Shown here: positions 47,669 through 57,054 of the stretch, one piece after another
How the letters are laid out: every line of letters starts with the position of its first letter
How positions within the stretch are numbered: the stretch's first letter is position 1
Assembly (NCBI GenBank): GCA_963710755.1
Contig: CAVQBK010000003.1
Coordinates: forward strand, 160,001-224,000
Source: an uncultured bacterium
Lineage (GTDB): Bacteria; Oederibacteriota; JAAXVQ01; JAUVAV01
Length of the DNA stretch: 64,000 nt
Direction of reading: 5' to 3'
Position numbers and translations under genes: made by a program
The notes under the pieces: model-generated
What the model was told of the DNA's origin: nothing
The model's input: the letters and a program-made list of their open reading frames with translations, nothing else
Databases searched by the model: none

Positions 47669-50293
47669 TTACCCCTGCTCCACAAACTGCAATTTTAAAT
47701 GATCCGTATACAGCGCCAGCACGTCATGCTCGGGCGCAGGGATCACTTCCTGCACATAGGTAATGCTGTCAATCCAATCATCATTTTCCGGCCACACCGG
47801 CCAGTAAAACATGGTATGGAAGGATTTCAATTCCACCTGCACCACGGGCTTGACATCCTGAATCGCGGCCAGCACATTGTTGGCATAGCCATCCTGGCCA
47901 AAACTGCGGGCCTTGAGCCCAAAAAGACCTTGGGGGTTGTCAATACCATTGTCTTCCTCGCCGGTCACGCCCAGGGCGGCTTTGATCTCAGCGCTCACCT
48001 TGTTCTGATTGGCACCCTTGGGTATGGTCACCACGGCATGAAGACGTACGTATTGCAGCCAGCCGGGTTCGACTTTCAGGGGATAGCGGTTGAGGCCGCG
48101 CTGCTGGTTGTAAGTATCCGCCAGGCTGCGCACATCGGCCAGCTTGTCATAGGCATTGCCTTCCAGCAGCACCCAGAGTTTGATGAGGGCCACATTGTTT
48201 TCCAAGGCCCAGGCTGCCCTGACCTTAAGCACGCCGGAGATGGAGAGCATTTCCACCTCATAATCCCTGAGCGAGACCATGCGCCCCAACGTCTGCAGCT
48301 TGCCCGGTGCGCTCTCCTTGGCCAGGCCGCCCTCTTCAGCCTGGCTGCCCAATTGGGCTGATCCGGCCATATAAATTTTATCCAGGCCTTTGAGGCTGGT
48401 GCCGGCCTTGGGCTTGGCGCCTTCCTGCTTGTCGCCCCAGGCACCCACGCCCTGGCGATAGATGGCCTTGACGTTTTTCACGCCCGAGGACAGGCGTGCA
48501 CCGGTAAGGCCGTCACCAAACTGCACAAAGCTTGTGCCTGATTCATCCTCGCGGGTGATAAAGACCTTGTCCTTGGGCCCATAGTTAAACAATGAAGGTA
48601 CCCAGGTCCAGGGCTCGTCATCCACAGTCACCGTCATGGGGGGGACTTCCGGCGGCGTGGCACTGGCATCGAGTAAATAGGTCAGCGGTGATTTGGGAAT
48701 TTTAAACGTTTGAAAGCTCTGGCGGGCATCACCATTGCCCAGGGCCACTTCCGCCAGGGTCTTGCCCTGGTCGGCTTCCACCAGATTGGCGCAGACGCTG
48801 TAGTAGGGCTTGTCATGTTCAAAATCAGAAAGGCCCACCGTGGTGGTCAGCTTCACTTTCCAGCCGTCGGCATGTTCGGAAAAGCGGGTGCTATCCTGCT
48901 CGACCGAGCTCACGCTCAGCGTCAGCTGTTCGTCCTCTTCCGTGGTGAGCAGCAAGGCCCGCTTGGCCAGCAGCAGGGCATTCTCTTCCTGGCCGTAGAA
49001 AATCAACTTGTCGCCCGTGCTGCCTGCAACGTTTTGTGGTACAGCCTTAATGGTCAGCGCCTGACCGAGCACTTCGTGAAACTGCATCTCCCTGATATCC
49101 ATGGCCCGGTAATAGGGATAGCTGCCGGTGGTATGGTCATCAGCGTCCGATAGTTTTTTATCCAAGGTCATCATGGTCACCGCAGCGGTAAGCGCTCCCC
49201 AGGTAACACTGGCTTTCTCGAGGGCCACGATGGTGCGCAGCTCATATTTAACGCCCGTCCAATCATGAGTATCCGCGGGCGTGTACTGATAATGATAATG
49301 GCCAAAGGGTTGCTGACAGACCACTTGGGTGCCGGCCGTGAGATCGCTCACTTGCTGATCCAGCGGAAAATGCAGGGCATCCAGGGAAGCCGCCGGGCCG
49401 TTGGTGGTGGTGCGGTTGCAGAGTCGGAAAAAATTCACGTCCGTTTGCTGCGGATTGCCGCTGCCGTCAAGACTCACCTTGGTGGGCGGGCTGTTGTGAC
49501 CGGCATGGTTGAAGGTCCGGCCCAGCTTATAGGCTGTGGCTGTGCCCTGCAGATTAAGCGATTGCAGGGCACCCTGGATTTTAAACACCTGCTTGCCGTG
49601 CAGTTGGCGCACGCTCTCGATCTTGACCATTTCCGGATACTGGAATTGCTGGCCGCCGGCATAGTCGCTTTGCATCACGCCCAGTATGAGCCGGTCGCCG
49701 GCCTTGAACTCCAGGCTAGCCAGCTGGCCGGCCACCTGATCCACATAAAATTCCTGAGTGCTCTTGGTAATAAGGTTGTCCTCCAGAGGCCGGAACAAGT
49801 TAAAGGCACTGAGGCCCGGATAGGCGATGAGGCTCTCTTTGGTTTCAAACTCCGCCACCTCTTTTAATTCTTCCAACTGGATTTTAACGGGAAAGGCTTT
49901 GGGAATGGTGACGGCCTTGCTGCCTGTCACCGCAAAGGCAAAAGACGCCAGGCCCCCCACGCCCGGAGACAGACGGTAACCTGTGAGGCGCACCAATTCG
50001 GCAATGCTGTCGCGCCATTGGGCTGTGCGCAGGAAAGCTTCGTTGGCATAGAGGTCCTGATAGAAGGTGAGGATATCGCCCAAAATGGAAGCGCCTTCCA
50101 AAAGGGCAATGCCCGGATCATCGGGATCGCGGTGCGTCCAGCCGGCCAGCACAGGATCATGATTGAGGCTTTTCATGAGCTGGGCTCTAAAAGCGCTGTA
50201 TTGCCCCAACCGGTAATCTATCTTGTCCAGCCCGGGCCGGTTGAAAATGGTCTTGAGCAACGGTGCGTCCGACTGGCAGTCAAAGGGATTCAT
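47669..50293 (-). CDS. Baseplate J-like protein (Afp11/12, Pvc11/12 class)
   Basis: NRPGLDKIDYRLGQY, DDPGIALLE..DILTFYQDLYANEAFLRTA, LGNGDARQSFQTF, VQFGDGLTGARL, GRMVSLRDYE. Confidence 0.9.
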   Translation of the reverse strand: MNPFDCQSDAPLLKTIFNRPGLDKIDYRLGQYSAFRAQLMKSLNHDPVLAGWTHRDPDDPGIALLEGASILGDILTFYQDLYANEAFLRTAQWRDSIAELVRLTGYRLSPGVGGLASFAFAVTGSKAVTIPKAFPVKIQLEELKEVAEFETKESLIAYPGLSAFNLFRPLEDNLITKSTQEFYVDQVAGQLASLEFKAGDRLILGVMQSDYAGGQQFQYPEMVKIESVRQLHGKQVFKIQGALQSLNLQGTATAYKLGRTFNHAGHNSPPTKVSLDGSGNPQQTDVNFFRLCNRTTTNGPAASLDALHFPLDQQVSDLTAGTQVVCQQPFGHYHYQYTPADTHDWTGVKYELRTIVALEKASVTWGALTAAVTMMTLDKKLSDADDHTTGSYPYYRAMDIREMQFHEVLGQALTIKAVPQNVAGSTGDKLIFYGQEENALLLAKRALLLTTEEDEQLTLSVSSVEQDSTRFSEHADGWKVKLTTTVGLSDFEHDKPYYSVCANLVEADQGKTLAEVALGNGDARQSFQTFKIPKSPLTYLLDASATPPEVPPMTVTVDDEPWTWVPSLFNYGPKDKVFITREDESGTSFVQFGDGLTGARLSSGVKNVKAIYRQGVGAWGDKQEGAKPKAGTSLKGLDKIYMAGSAQLGSQAEEGGLAKESAPGKLQTLGRMVSLRDYEVEMLSISGVLKVRAAWALENNVALIKLWVLLEGNAYDKLADVRSLADTYNQQRGLNRYPLKVEPGWLQYVRLHAVVTIPKGANQNKVSAEIKAALGVTGEEDNGIDNPQGLFGLKARSFGQDGYANNVLAAIQDVKPVVQVELKSFHTMFYWPVWPENDDWIDSITYVQEVIPAPEHDVLALYTDHLKLQFVEQG

Positions 50294-52716
50294 TGCCGGC
50301 CTCCCTTCAAATCAAAATGGATCACGCCTTTTTCCTGATGGTCAGGATCATTGGCCACCAGGATAATCTCGTGCATTTGCACTTCAATGCGGTCCGGCAA
50401 TCCCGAGGGCGGCTCATTGAAACGCTTCATCTCCAGCTCACTCACATGACCGATGCCCTTGACCAGGGCCACCCGGCCCAAAATCTGGCTGGCCAGCAGG
50501 CTCTGGCCAAAGGTCCAGTTGTCAGGATGAAAAAAGCCCTTTCGTCCGTCAGGCGTGTAGCCCGTGGAAAACTCCTGCTCCAGCAAAAAGCGGATGTCCT
50601 CGATCCAATAATCTTGATCCACGCAAATAGGCACCGTGATCTCAAGGGGCACATAATGGGGCAGCCTGACTTCCAGGTCATCGCCGATGAGGCGCAGCGG
50701 TTCCAGGGCTTGGGCCACCTCGCGCCTGATGGTCTCGTGCTCGTCATAGCCGCCCTTGGGATCAATGGCCAGGCGCACAATGCGCCAGCTCCCGGACCAT
50801 TGATAAAAAGCCTTGGCATTGCTCACGTTCTTGAGCTCCAGGGCGCGCTGTTCGTAATCCGTCAGGGTGATGGCCCGGAATTGTTTGGCCAGGTAGGCTT
50901 CCTGAACCCTGCGGATAATCAGGGCCGTGGCCTCCGCGTCCAGACCGCCGGTCACGTCAAAGGGATTCCAGCAGGAGACGATCTTGGGCTCATCGCAGAA
51001 GACCAGGCTGTCACGGCCGATATTGCCCTCACTGCCCACCCCCACCTGATAGCGCAGTTCCGCCGTACACTCCTCGGGCAGAGCCTTGCCGTTGACGCCA
51101 TTGCCGAAGCGCGCCAGGCTGCGGCCCAGTTCATCGGTCTCAATGATAAAATCCTCATCCTCGCCCGTGCTCTTGACCAAGGTGTTGGTTTCGCGCCAGT
51201 AACGCTCCACGCCAGCGCCGGTGATGATCTTGGTCTCCATGGTGGACAAGCAGGGCACCTGATTGTCCGGGGGGGTAGGCCGATAAGCCAGGCGGTCCTG
51301 ATCATCGAGGCTGCAGAGGGAGCCCCAGGCCGTGTTTTCATAATAACGCTCGCTCTCCGAGGCCAGCACTGCGTTCTGCGGTTTAAAGGTCAGGGTCTTA
51401 AAGCGGCCGTGATAAACCATGACCAGATTGCCGTGAAAAAGGGTGACATCCCCGGCCGGCAAGGCTTCGCCGAACTGCTTGTAAAAAGTCGCGTTCCAGG
51501 TCAGAGCGTCATTCTCTTCCCAGGACACCTGCAAGTACCAGGCGTTGGCAATGGGATCTTTTTTGGCCTGGCTGTTGGGGTTGAGGTGCAGCACCTGGCG
51601 GTGCTGGGGATTGACCACGCCTTCCACCCCGGTCTCGGGATTTTTGAATTCCTCCACCAGCAGGGTGGTCAGGCTGCCGTCATTGATCCAATCGCGCACT
51701 TGCTCCACATTGGCCTGGGTGGGCAAGCTCAACAGCAGATCAGCCGACGTGGTGCCGCAGGGCAAGGTGGGCTTGACTCCGTCCCAGGGATACAGCTTGA
51801 TGTCGTTGAGCAAGGCATCCATGAAGCACGTGCCCTTGCTCACAAAAAATTGGCTGTCGCTGTCCGGCTTTTCATGGCCGGTCCAGAAGGTGATGGTCTC
51901 CAGCGGCATGCCTTGGGGATCGAGAGCGATCTCCAGATGCTGCCCTCCGGCCAATTTAACTGCCAGCCAGGTCACGGCCTGCTGGCCCTGATGAATATGG
52001 TAATCCATCAGACGGGCATGCCTGGCCAGGGACACACGCTTGCGGGCTGAGGTCAAGTAGGCCTCGTTCATAACCCGGTCCTGGAAATCGCTGAGCTCAT
52101 CGGCCGCCGCGCTGAATAAATCCATAAGCACCATATCCAGGTCCGCTTCACTGGTGGGTTGCCAGTTAGGCACGCGGGCCATCATGGCGGCGATCAACTG
52201 ATGACGAAAAGAGGCGTAGTCCTTGCTCAAATAATCTATGCGCGGCTCGCTCTGCGCCGGACCGGCTTTTTCCCAATCAGGCGCGCAGTCGGCGCTGAAA
52301 CAGCCGGGCCGGAACTTGAAATCCAGTTCGCTCAGCAAAGGATCGATTTTGTAGGTGTCCAGGTCATTGATCGCCAGGGTGTAGGTGGAATAATCACCCA
52401 CCGGCGCGACGGTGAGACTGATTTTTTGCTGGCTCACCTGGCCTTCGATTTTGGTCACATGGATCTGATCCTTCAGCCATCCGCCGATAATACGCTGGCC
52501 CCCGCTGATGGAAAAAACCTTGCAGGTCTGCTCCGGGCTGGTTGTAAACTCATCGAGCAGCTTTTGCAGTTTATGCTTGTTGTAAAAGTACACGTCCAGC
52601 ACCGCATGGTCCGGATCAGGCCCGGACGGCAACCTGACCAGCACGAGCTGCATGCCATTGTAAGCGCCCAGGGTCTTGACCCGGTTGTTGAGGGCTTCCT
52701 GATCAATAATGGCCAT
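50290..52716 (-). CDS. Baseplate J-like protein (Afp11/12, Pvc11/12 class)
   Basis: IDYLSKDYASFRHQL, DELSDFQDRVMNEAYLTSARKRVSLARHARLMDY, RFGNGVNG, RAITLTDY, FFHPDNWTFGQ. Start at 52716 or 52725. Confidence 0.92.
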   Translation of the reverse strand: MAIIDQEALNNRVKTLGAYNGMQLVLVRLPSGPDPDHAVLDVYFYNKHKLQKLLDEFTTSPEQTCKVFSISGGQRIIGGWLKDQIHVTKIEGQVSQQKISLTVAPVGDYSTYTLAINDLDTYKIDPLLSELDFKFRPGCFSADCAPDWEKAGPAQSEPRIDYLSKDYASFRHQLIAAMMARVPNWQPTSEADLDMVLMDLFSAAADELSDFQDRVMNEAYLTSARKRVSLARHARLMDYHIHQGQQAVTWLAVKLAGGQHLEIALDPQGMPLETITFWTGHEKPDSDSQFFVSKGTCFMDALLNDIKLYPWDGVKPTLPCGTTSADLLLSLPTQANVEQVRDWINDGSLTTLLVEEFKNPETGVEGVVNPQHRQVLHLNPNSQAKKDPIANAWYLQVSWEENDALTWNATFYKQFGEALPAGDVTLFHGNLVMVYHGRFKTLTFKPQNAVLASESERYYENTAWGSLCSLDDQDRLAYRPTPPDNQVPCLSTMETKIITGAGVERYWRETNTLVKSTGEDEDFIIETDELGRSLARFGNGVNGKALPEECTAELRYQVGVGSEGNIGRDSLVFCDEPKIVSCWNPFDVTGGLDAEATALIIRRVQEAYLAKQFRAITLTDYEQRALELKNVSNAKAFYQWSGSWRIVRLAIDPKGGYDEHETIRREVAQALEPLRLIGDDLEVRLPHYVPLEITVPICVDQDYWIEDIRFLLEQEFSTGYTPDGRKGFFHPDNWTFGQSLLASQILGRVALVKGIGHVSELEMKRFNEPPSGLPDRIEVQMHEIILVANDPDHQEKGVIHFDLKGGRQ

Positions 52717-52743
52717 GGTTCCCATGTCTCCTTAAATCTAGTA

Positions 52744-52775
52744 TTGTAGGGCACGGTCTCGACCGTGCTCTACAA
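52744..52775. repeat. GTAG-type REP palindrome
   Basis: TTGTAGGGCACGGTC-TC-GACCGTGCTCTACAA. Confidence 0.75.
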
Positions 52776-52791
52776 CCCCGTCTGGACTACC

Positions 52792-53178
52792 CTATTTACT
52801 CTCGCTGTCCCGCTGGAACCTGAGTACTCTGGAGTCCTGTGTGCCTTTCAACCGGTAGGTCAACTCCACCACCAGCGCGCTTTCCTGGCTAAACTCTACT
52901 TTTAAATCCTCCATGGTCACCCGCTCGCCCAGCCAGCGCGCCAGGGCCTGAGTGATCCTGGCCTTGGCCATGCCCTCGGTCTGCTTGTCCATATTTTCAA
53001 ACAGCAGCATGCGCACACCGGCGCCGAATTCGGTCACAAACGGGCGCTCACCGGGATTGGTAAGAATCAGCTGCACCACCTCATCACGCACATGGTCAGG
53101 CAGATTGTCCACTGTGGCGGTCCGGCCATCCCGGTGGATGCGAAAAGGAAAAGATAAATGTTTGCCATAGATCCCCAT
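52792..53178 (-). CDS. GPW/gp25 family baseplate protein (Afp9/Pvc9)
   Basis: FPFRI..GRTA..HVRDEVVQLILTNPGERP..FGAG. Confidence 0.95.
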   Translation of the reverse strand: MGIYGKHLSFPFRIHRDGRTATVDNLPDHVRDEVVQLILTNPGERPFVTEFGAGVRMLLFENMDKQTEGMAKARITQALARWLGERVTMEDLKVEFSQESALVVELTYRLKGTQDSRVLRFQRDSESK

Positions 53179-53197
53179 AAGCTCTCCTAATCCATTA

Positions 53198-53229
53198 TTG
53201 TAGGGAACGGTCGTGACCCTTCCCTACAA
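53198..53229. repeat. GTAG-type REP palindrome
   Basis: TTGTAGGGAACGGTC-GT-GACCCTTCCCTACAA; related to 52744-52775. Confidence 0.72.
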
Positions 53230-53267
53230 CGTCGGATATTGTTTTTTATTTTTCGATTCTCGATTTT

Positions 53268-53603
53268 CTAAACCCCTTCCACCTTGGGCTGGGTCTGGCT
53301 GATCAGCGCCATACCCTGCGGCGCGCCCTCCGGACTCTTGCACAGCCCGATGCTGCTTTCCATTAATAGCTTCTGCCCGTCCGTGGTGGCCATGGTCGTG
53401 CCCGCCTGCCATTCAATAGTCAGGCAAGGCGACGGCTTGGGCCCGGGCAAGGTGAAGGCGCAACCCGCAATCTGGTGCACATCCGATTCGAGCAGCACCG
53501 GTGCCCCCAGGGCCGAGACTTTTTGGTTGGCCGTGCTGAGAATAGCCATGCCGCCATGAGGACATTGAATAGTGGATTGAATAGTCAAATATTTCCCTGC
53601 CAT
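53268..53603 (-). CDS. PAAR-like (DUF4280-type) spike-tip protein
   Basis: CPHGG..IAGCAF..PSPC..W..SIGLC..PQG; directly follows the spike gene. Confidence 0.8.
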   Translation of the reverse strand: MAGKYLTIQSTIQCPHGGMAILSTANQKVSALGAPVLLESDVHQIAGCAFTLPGPKPSPCLTIEWQAGTTMATTDGQKLLMESSIGLCKSPEGAPQGMALISQTQPKVEGV

Positions 53604-54127
53604 CAGCTCACCTTGAAGGCACCGTCATTGACATCAAGGCCGCTGTCCTTAAGGCTGATCACCTTGCTGCCCACGGTGAGTTTGATTTCCGAAGACCCGA
53701 TCACCAGCTCCGGTCCGTCGGGATGTTTCAATCGGATCTCCATGGCACTGTCATCCATGATCAATTCCAGTCTTTCCGGGGTAATGAGTCCCCTTATTTG
53801 GGCATCATCCTTGGTTTGGCTGGGAGGTTCATCCTGGGCCCACCAGAACCCGGTCCACAGAGGCGCACTCTTGAGCCCGGCTTCGAATTCCACCCATACA
53901 CCATCCTCTTCTTTTGGCAGCACCACCAAGCCATAGCCATCGCCTGCAAAAGGCACGCACGGCGTCATCCATGGCGAGAGTTGCCCGCTACCCCACACTT
54001 TGGGCACCTCGGCTTTGATGTACCCGGTTGCAGGATCGACTTGCTTGACCCGTCCCCGGTACTTGCCGAAATAGCGTTCCTCCAGAAAGGTCCTGATATC
54101 CGCGACCACATTTTCTTCTACAGCCAT
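53603..54127 (-). CDS. Phage baseplate assembly protein V / gp5 OB-fold spike (VgrG C-terminal half)
   Basis: RYFGKYRGRV..DP..VPKV..W..PCVPFAG..LP..GVWVEFEAG..PLWTG. Confidence 0.92.
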   Translation of the reverse strand: MAVEENVVADIRTFLEERYFGKYRGRVKQVDPATGYIKAEVPKVWGSGQLSPWMTPCVPFAGDGYGLVVLPKEEDGVWVEFEAGLKSAPLWTGFWWAQDEPPSQTKDDAQIRGLITPERLELIMDDSAMEIRLKHPDGPELVIGSSEIKLTVGSKVISLKDSGLDVNDGAFKVS

Positions 54128-54169
54128 GGTTCCACCCACCTTTGCCAGGCCCTGAGGCCGGTTTTGGGC

Positions 54170-55333
54170 TTACACAATACTGAAAGAAACATTTACCGAT
54201 ACACTGAGGCTGCCGGTCAGGCTGCTCTCACTTTGCTCCACATCACTGGTGGCGTTGCCCATCACCGTGAACTCCTGGCTGTACTCGTCCCAGGTCAAAT
54301 GGTGAATCACCTTGGTCAGCACATAATGGCCGCTCAAGGCCGTGCGGCCGGCGTGAATGGCCACCATCTTGAAGGGCTGGAGTACACCGCCATAACAGGG
54401 CGCCTTGACCATGCCGCCGCCTTGGTAGGCATAGAGCGAGGCATTGCTCGCGCCCTGAACCATCTGCTGGGCATCGGCATCTTCATCGCTGTACTGCGAC
54501 AACCGCCGGGTGGCGGTCTGGGACTCATCGCTGTAAGGCGCCTGCGAGCCCATGAGCGAAGCATCGCGAAAGCTGGAGGTGGCTGAGGTAATGCCCTTGT
54601 CATCGAGGCTAATGCTGTCCGTCACATAAGTGGCCGGCTGCTGGGCATTATGATGAACATCAAAACGGCTCACATTGCGGTCATCGCCGAGGGTGATCAT
54701 GGTGGGCAACTGCTCGTCCAGGTTCTCGGGAAAATCCTTGAAGCAGCCAATGCTCTGGCCCCGGGTCTCCCCGGGCAGCACATAGGCATGCAAATGGTAA
54801 GTGGACGCCAAGGTGCGAATCAGGCGTATGGGCATGCCCGAGAGGGTGCGGTCCGTGCGTTGCGTACTTGGCCGCGCCGGCAGGTTGGCCACATCGGTCT
54901 CCGTGATCTGGGCCGCGGCTTTGCCGAAGAGGTACTCCACGATCTCCTGATCACTGCGCTCGCCGGCTTCTTCGTGAATGGTTTCGCGGTTGAGATAGAC
55001 GCTGTCATCATGCACGATCAAGGTCAGTTCACTCTGCCCTGGTTCAGGCTGCATGGCATTGTCTTGGCCCACCACCGGCCCGTCGATCAGGGCTACCCAA
55101 TGCTCGCCGTCCGCCTTGACTTCAATACGTATGCGGCCGAAGGATTGAAAAAAGCGCTGATCCTGGTCGTTCCAGGCGCCCTGCGCATCGAGGCACAAGG
55201 GCCAGCGCAGTTGCGCTTCCCAGGCCTGATCCATCTCCTGGGTCACGGTAATGCCCAGGATGCGCTCCAGCTGATCCTGGGTAGCGCTCTGATCATCGAA
55301 GAAGATTCTGAAATAAGTGGTCTTATCGCCCAT
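54170..55333 (-). CDS. Phage late-control D / gp27-like baseplate hub (VgrG N-terminal half, Pvc8-like)
   Basis: LIDGPV..HDDSVYLNR..YGGVLQP..G..LSGHYVLTKVIH; lies between LysM and the spike. Confidence 0.8.
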   Translation of the reverse strand: MGDKTTYFRIFFDDQSATQDQLERILGITVTQEMDQAWEAQLRWPLCLDAQGAWNDQDQRFFQSFGRIRIEVKADGEHWVALIDGPVVGQDNAMQPEPGQSELTLIVHDDSVYLNRETIHEEAGERSDQEIVEYLFGKAAAQITETDVANLPARPSTQRTDRTLSGMPIRLIRTLASTYHLHAYVLPGETRGQSIGCFKDFPENLDEQLPTMITLGDDRNVSRFDVHHNAQQPATYVTDSISLDDKGITSATSSFRDASLMGSQAPYSDESQTATRRLSQYSDEDADAQQMVQGASNASLYAYQGGGMVKAPCYGGVLQPFKMVAIHAGRTALSGHYVLTKVIHHLTWDEYSQEFTVMGNATSDVEQSESSLTGSLSVSVNVSFSIV

Positions 55334-55351
55334 TACAAGTCCTTTCTCTTA

Positions 55352-55495
55352 GAGACGGGTTCACAACCAACGATCCCCTCGCCTCTTGCGCGTCTAGTCC
55401 AGCAACGTCGGAAAGGTGCCCCCCACCCAGCCTCTCCCCCAACTTGGGGGAAAGGAGATATTGCAGTTTGAGCCGGTGCGCTGCCATAGGGTCTC
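55352..55495. mobile_element. Second MITE-like copy (144 bp) with a TTA duplication
   Basis: TTA|GAGACGGGTTCACAAC ... GTCTC|TTA with internal CCCCACCCAGCCTCTCCCCCAACTTGGGGGAAAGG. The right TTA is the LysM stop codon. Confidence 0.6.
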
Positions 55496-55765
55496 TTATT
55501 GCTGCGGCACAATAATGGTGCTGTTAGCCTCTGCTAACTCGTCAGCCTCGAGGCTGCTGTTGGCATCGGCAATATGCCAGAACTTACTGTCATCCTTATA
55601 CGTCTTGCCGGCCAGCAGATCGAGTCGGTCCTGTTTTTGCAGAATGGTCTCTTGGCCGCGCACAGCCGGAAGCCGCCGTAGCTTGATAGCCACCACGCTG
55701 GTACCGTCCGCCTGGGTCACGGTCATGGTCTCCACTTTTTTGTAGCGCGAGTTGTCGGCAAACAT
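55496..55765 (-). CDS. LysM-like small baseplate protein (Pvc7 C-terminal-like)
   Basis: MFADNSRY..QDRLDLLA..Y.D..FWHIADAN..IIVP; GGAGGT RBS before ATG 55765. Confidence 0.88.
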   Translation of the reverse strand: MFADNSRYKKVETMTVTQADGTSVVAIKLRRLPAVRGQETILQKQDRLDLLAGKTYKDDSKFWHIADANSSLEADELAEANSTIIVPQQ

Positions 55766-55906
55766 AGGGAACCTCCTTGGGTTCACTTTTTAGGAGCGCG
55801 AAAATTTAATCTAAACCATGAAAATCGAGAATCAAAAACAGACCACCATTGAGCTCCTTGCTAGGGCTCAATGGCTCCAGGAGCCTGCGCGACCATGCTC
55901 AGGCTC

Positions 55907-56587
55907 CTAAAACGGTATCATCTCCGCGATCTGGCTCACCGTGTTGGCCAGGTTGGCAATGGCCTGCACTTCCTTGACTGCATTGGTATAGTCCAGTGCG
56001 CCTTTGGCAATCCAATCATCACTGCAGGGATCAGCACCGGGCACGCCCAAGGTCAGTGATACTTCGGCCTGGATGGGATTGAGCCAGGCGTCGTATAACT
56101 TTTCATTGATGGTCATGGATTGAATGACCACAGGCAGCACTTTCAGGGGCCCCCAGATGAACAGAATCTTGGGAAAGGCTTTTCTGGGAATCGGCTGCAC
56201 GGCGGCATCCTCTCCGCCGCCCAGCCCCAAGGCCGAGCCAATGGCATCAAGCGCCGCGCCCATCAAGCCGCCGGCCATGTTGGTGGGATAGACCATTTTT
56301 TCCAGAGCCGCCAGGCGCGTGCCCACGCCAAAGGTCTTGGCCAGAATATTTTTGTCTTTCAATTCATCGCTGGCATTGAAATGGGCGGTCAGGCTGATGG
56401 TCTCGGTCGGGCTCTCTCCGGCCTGGCTGGTTTCCCGGGCCTGGCCGGAGAGAGGCCGGGCCGGAATCTGGATGCTGCGCGACAAGGACTCGGGATTGAA
56501 TTGAAAAATGACCAGATTGGGAATAGGCCCCAGGAAGTCGCTGCCGTATTCCACCAACGCACCGCGAATGAATTTCCCCATGGTCAC
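55907..56587 (-). CDS. Contractile injection system tube initiator (Afp7/Pvc7-like)
   Basis: FQFNPESLSRSI..ETISL..LAALEKMVYP..PKILFIWG..LPVVIQSMTINEKLYD..LNPIQAEVSL. Confidence 0.85.
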   Translation of the reverse strand: MTMGKFIRGALVEYGSDFLGPIPNLVIFQFNPESLSRSIQIPARPLSGQARETSQAGESPTETISLTAHFNASDELKDKNILAKTFGVGTRLAALEKMVYPTNMAGGLMGAALDAIGSALGLGGGEDAAVQPIPRKAFPKILFIWGPLKVLPVVIQSMTINEKLYDAWLNPIQAEVSLTLGVPGADPCSDDWIAKGALDYTNAVKEVQAIANLANTVSQIAEMIPF

Positions 56588-56733
56588 GCTCCACCTTTTT
56601 AGAATCCTTACTGTTTAAATGCCGTGTCTCCGGGATCTATGTTTTTGGCAAAGATCGTATTCTTTACCTCCGACCCTTCTGGAGCTAAGGGTTCGAATTT
56701 TTCAGCCCTTACAATTAAACAAGATCTCCAAAT

Positions 56734-57054
56734 TCATATCTTTAACTCTCCGTTCTTTACGGGCGTGCCGTGAGACCTAGCCTTTATTCCCGCTTGGTCC
56801 TGCCGGGCCCGATCCAGGGCTTGCTCAATGCGCACCGCGCCTTGGCTCTGGGCTGTCCCCGGACTGGCGCCCGGAGAGAGGGTCAGGTGAACCGGCCCCA
56901 GGTTTTCAATAGTGCTGCTGTGATGGATCAGGTCTTCCCGGCCGGCCAGCCGGCGCAGCAGGGCCTGTCCCAACTCTTGCGCCCAGGCTTGCGCTTCCCG
57001 GGCACTCAGGCCGTTGACACGCATATTAAGGTGCTCGATCCTGAGCTGCTTCAT
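56734..57054 (-). CDS. Small eCIS-associated hypothetical protein
   Basis: LRIEHLNMRV..AQELGQAL; overlaps the ATPase stop (ATGA coupling). Confidence 0.65.
   Translation of the reverse strand: MKQLRIEHLNMRVNGLSAREAQAWAQELGQALLRRLAGREDLIHHSSTIENLGPVHLTLSPGASPGTAQSQGAVRIEQALDRARQDQAGIKARSHGTPVKNGELKI

Noticed and set aside
50263-52050. 595-aa plus-strand ORF and other long antisense ORFs (e.g. 37980..39116, 42688..43518, 53723..54586, 24766..25590)
   Set aside because: They lie wholly opposite well-supported genes, have no recognisable motifs, and are expected shadow ORFs in GC-rich coding DNA.
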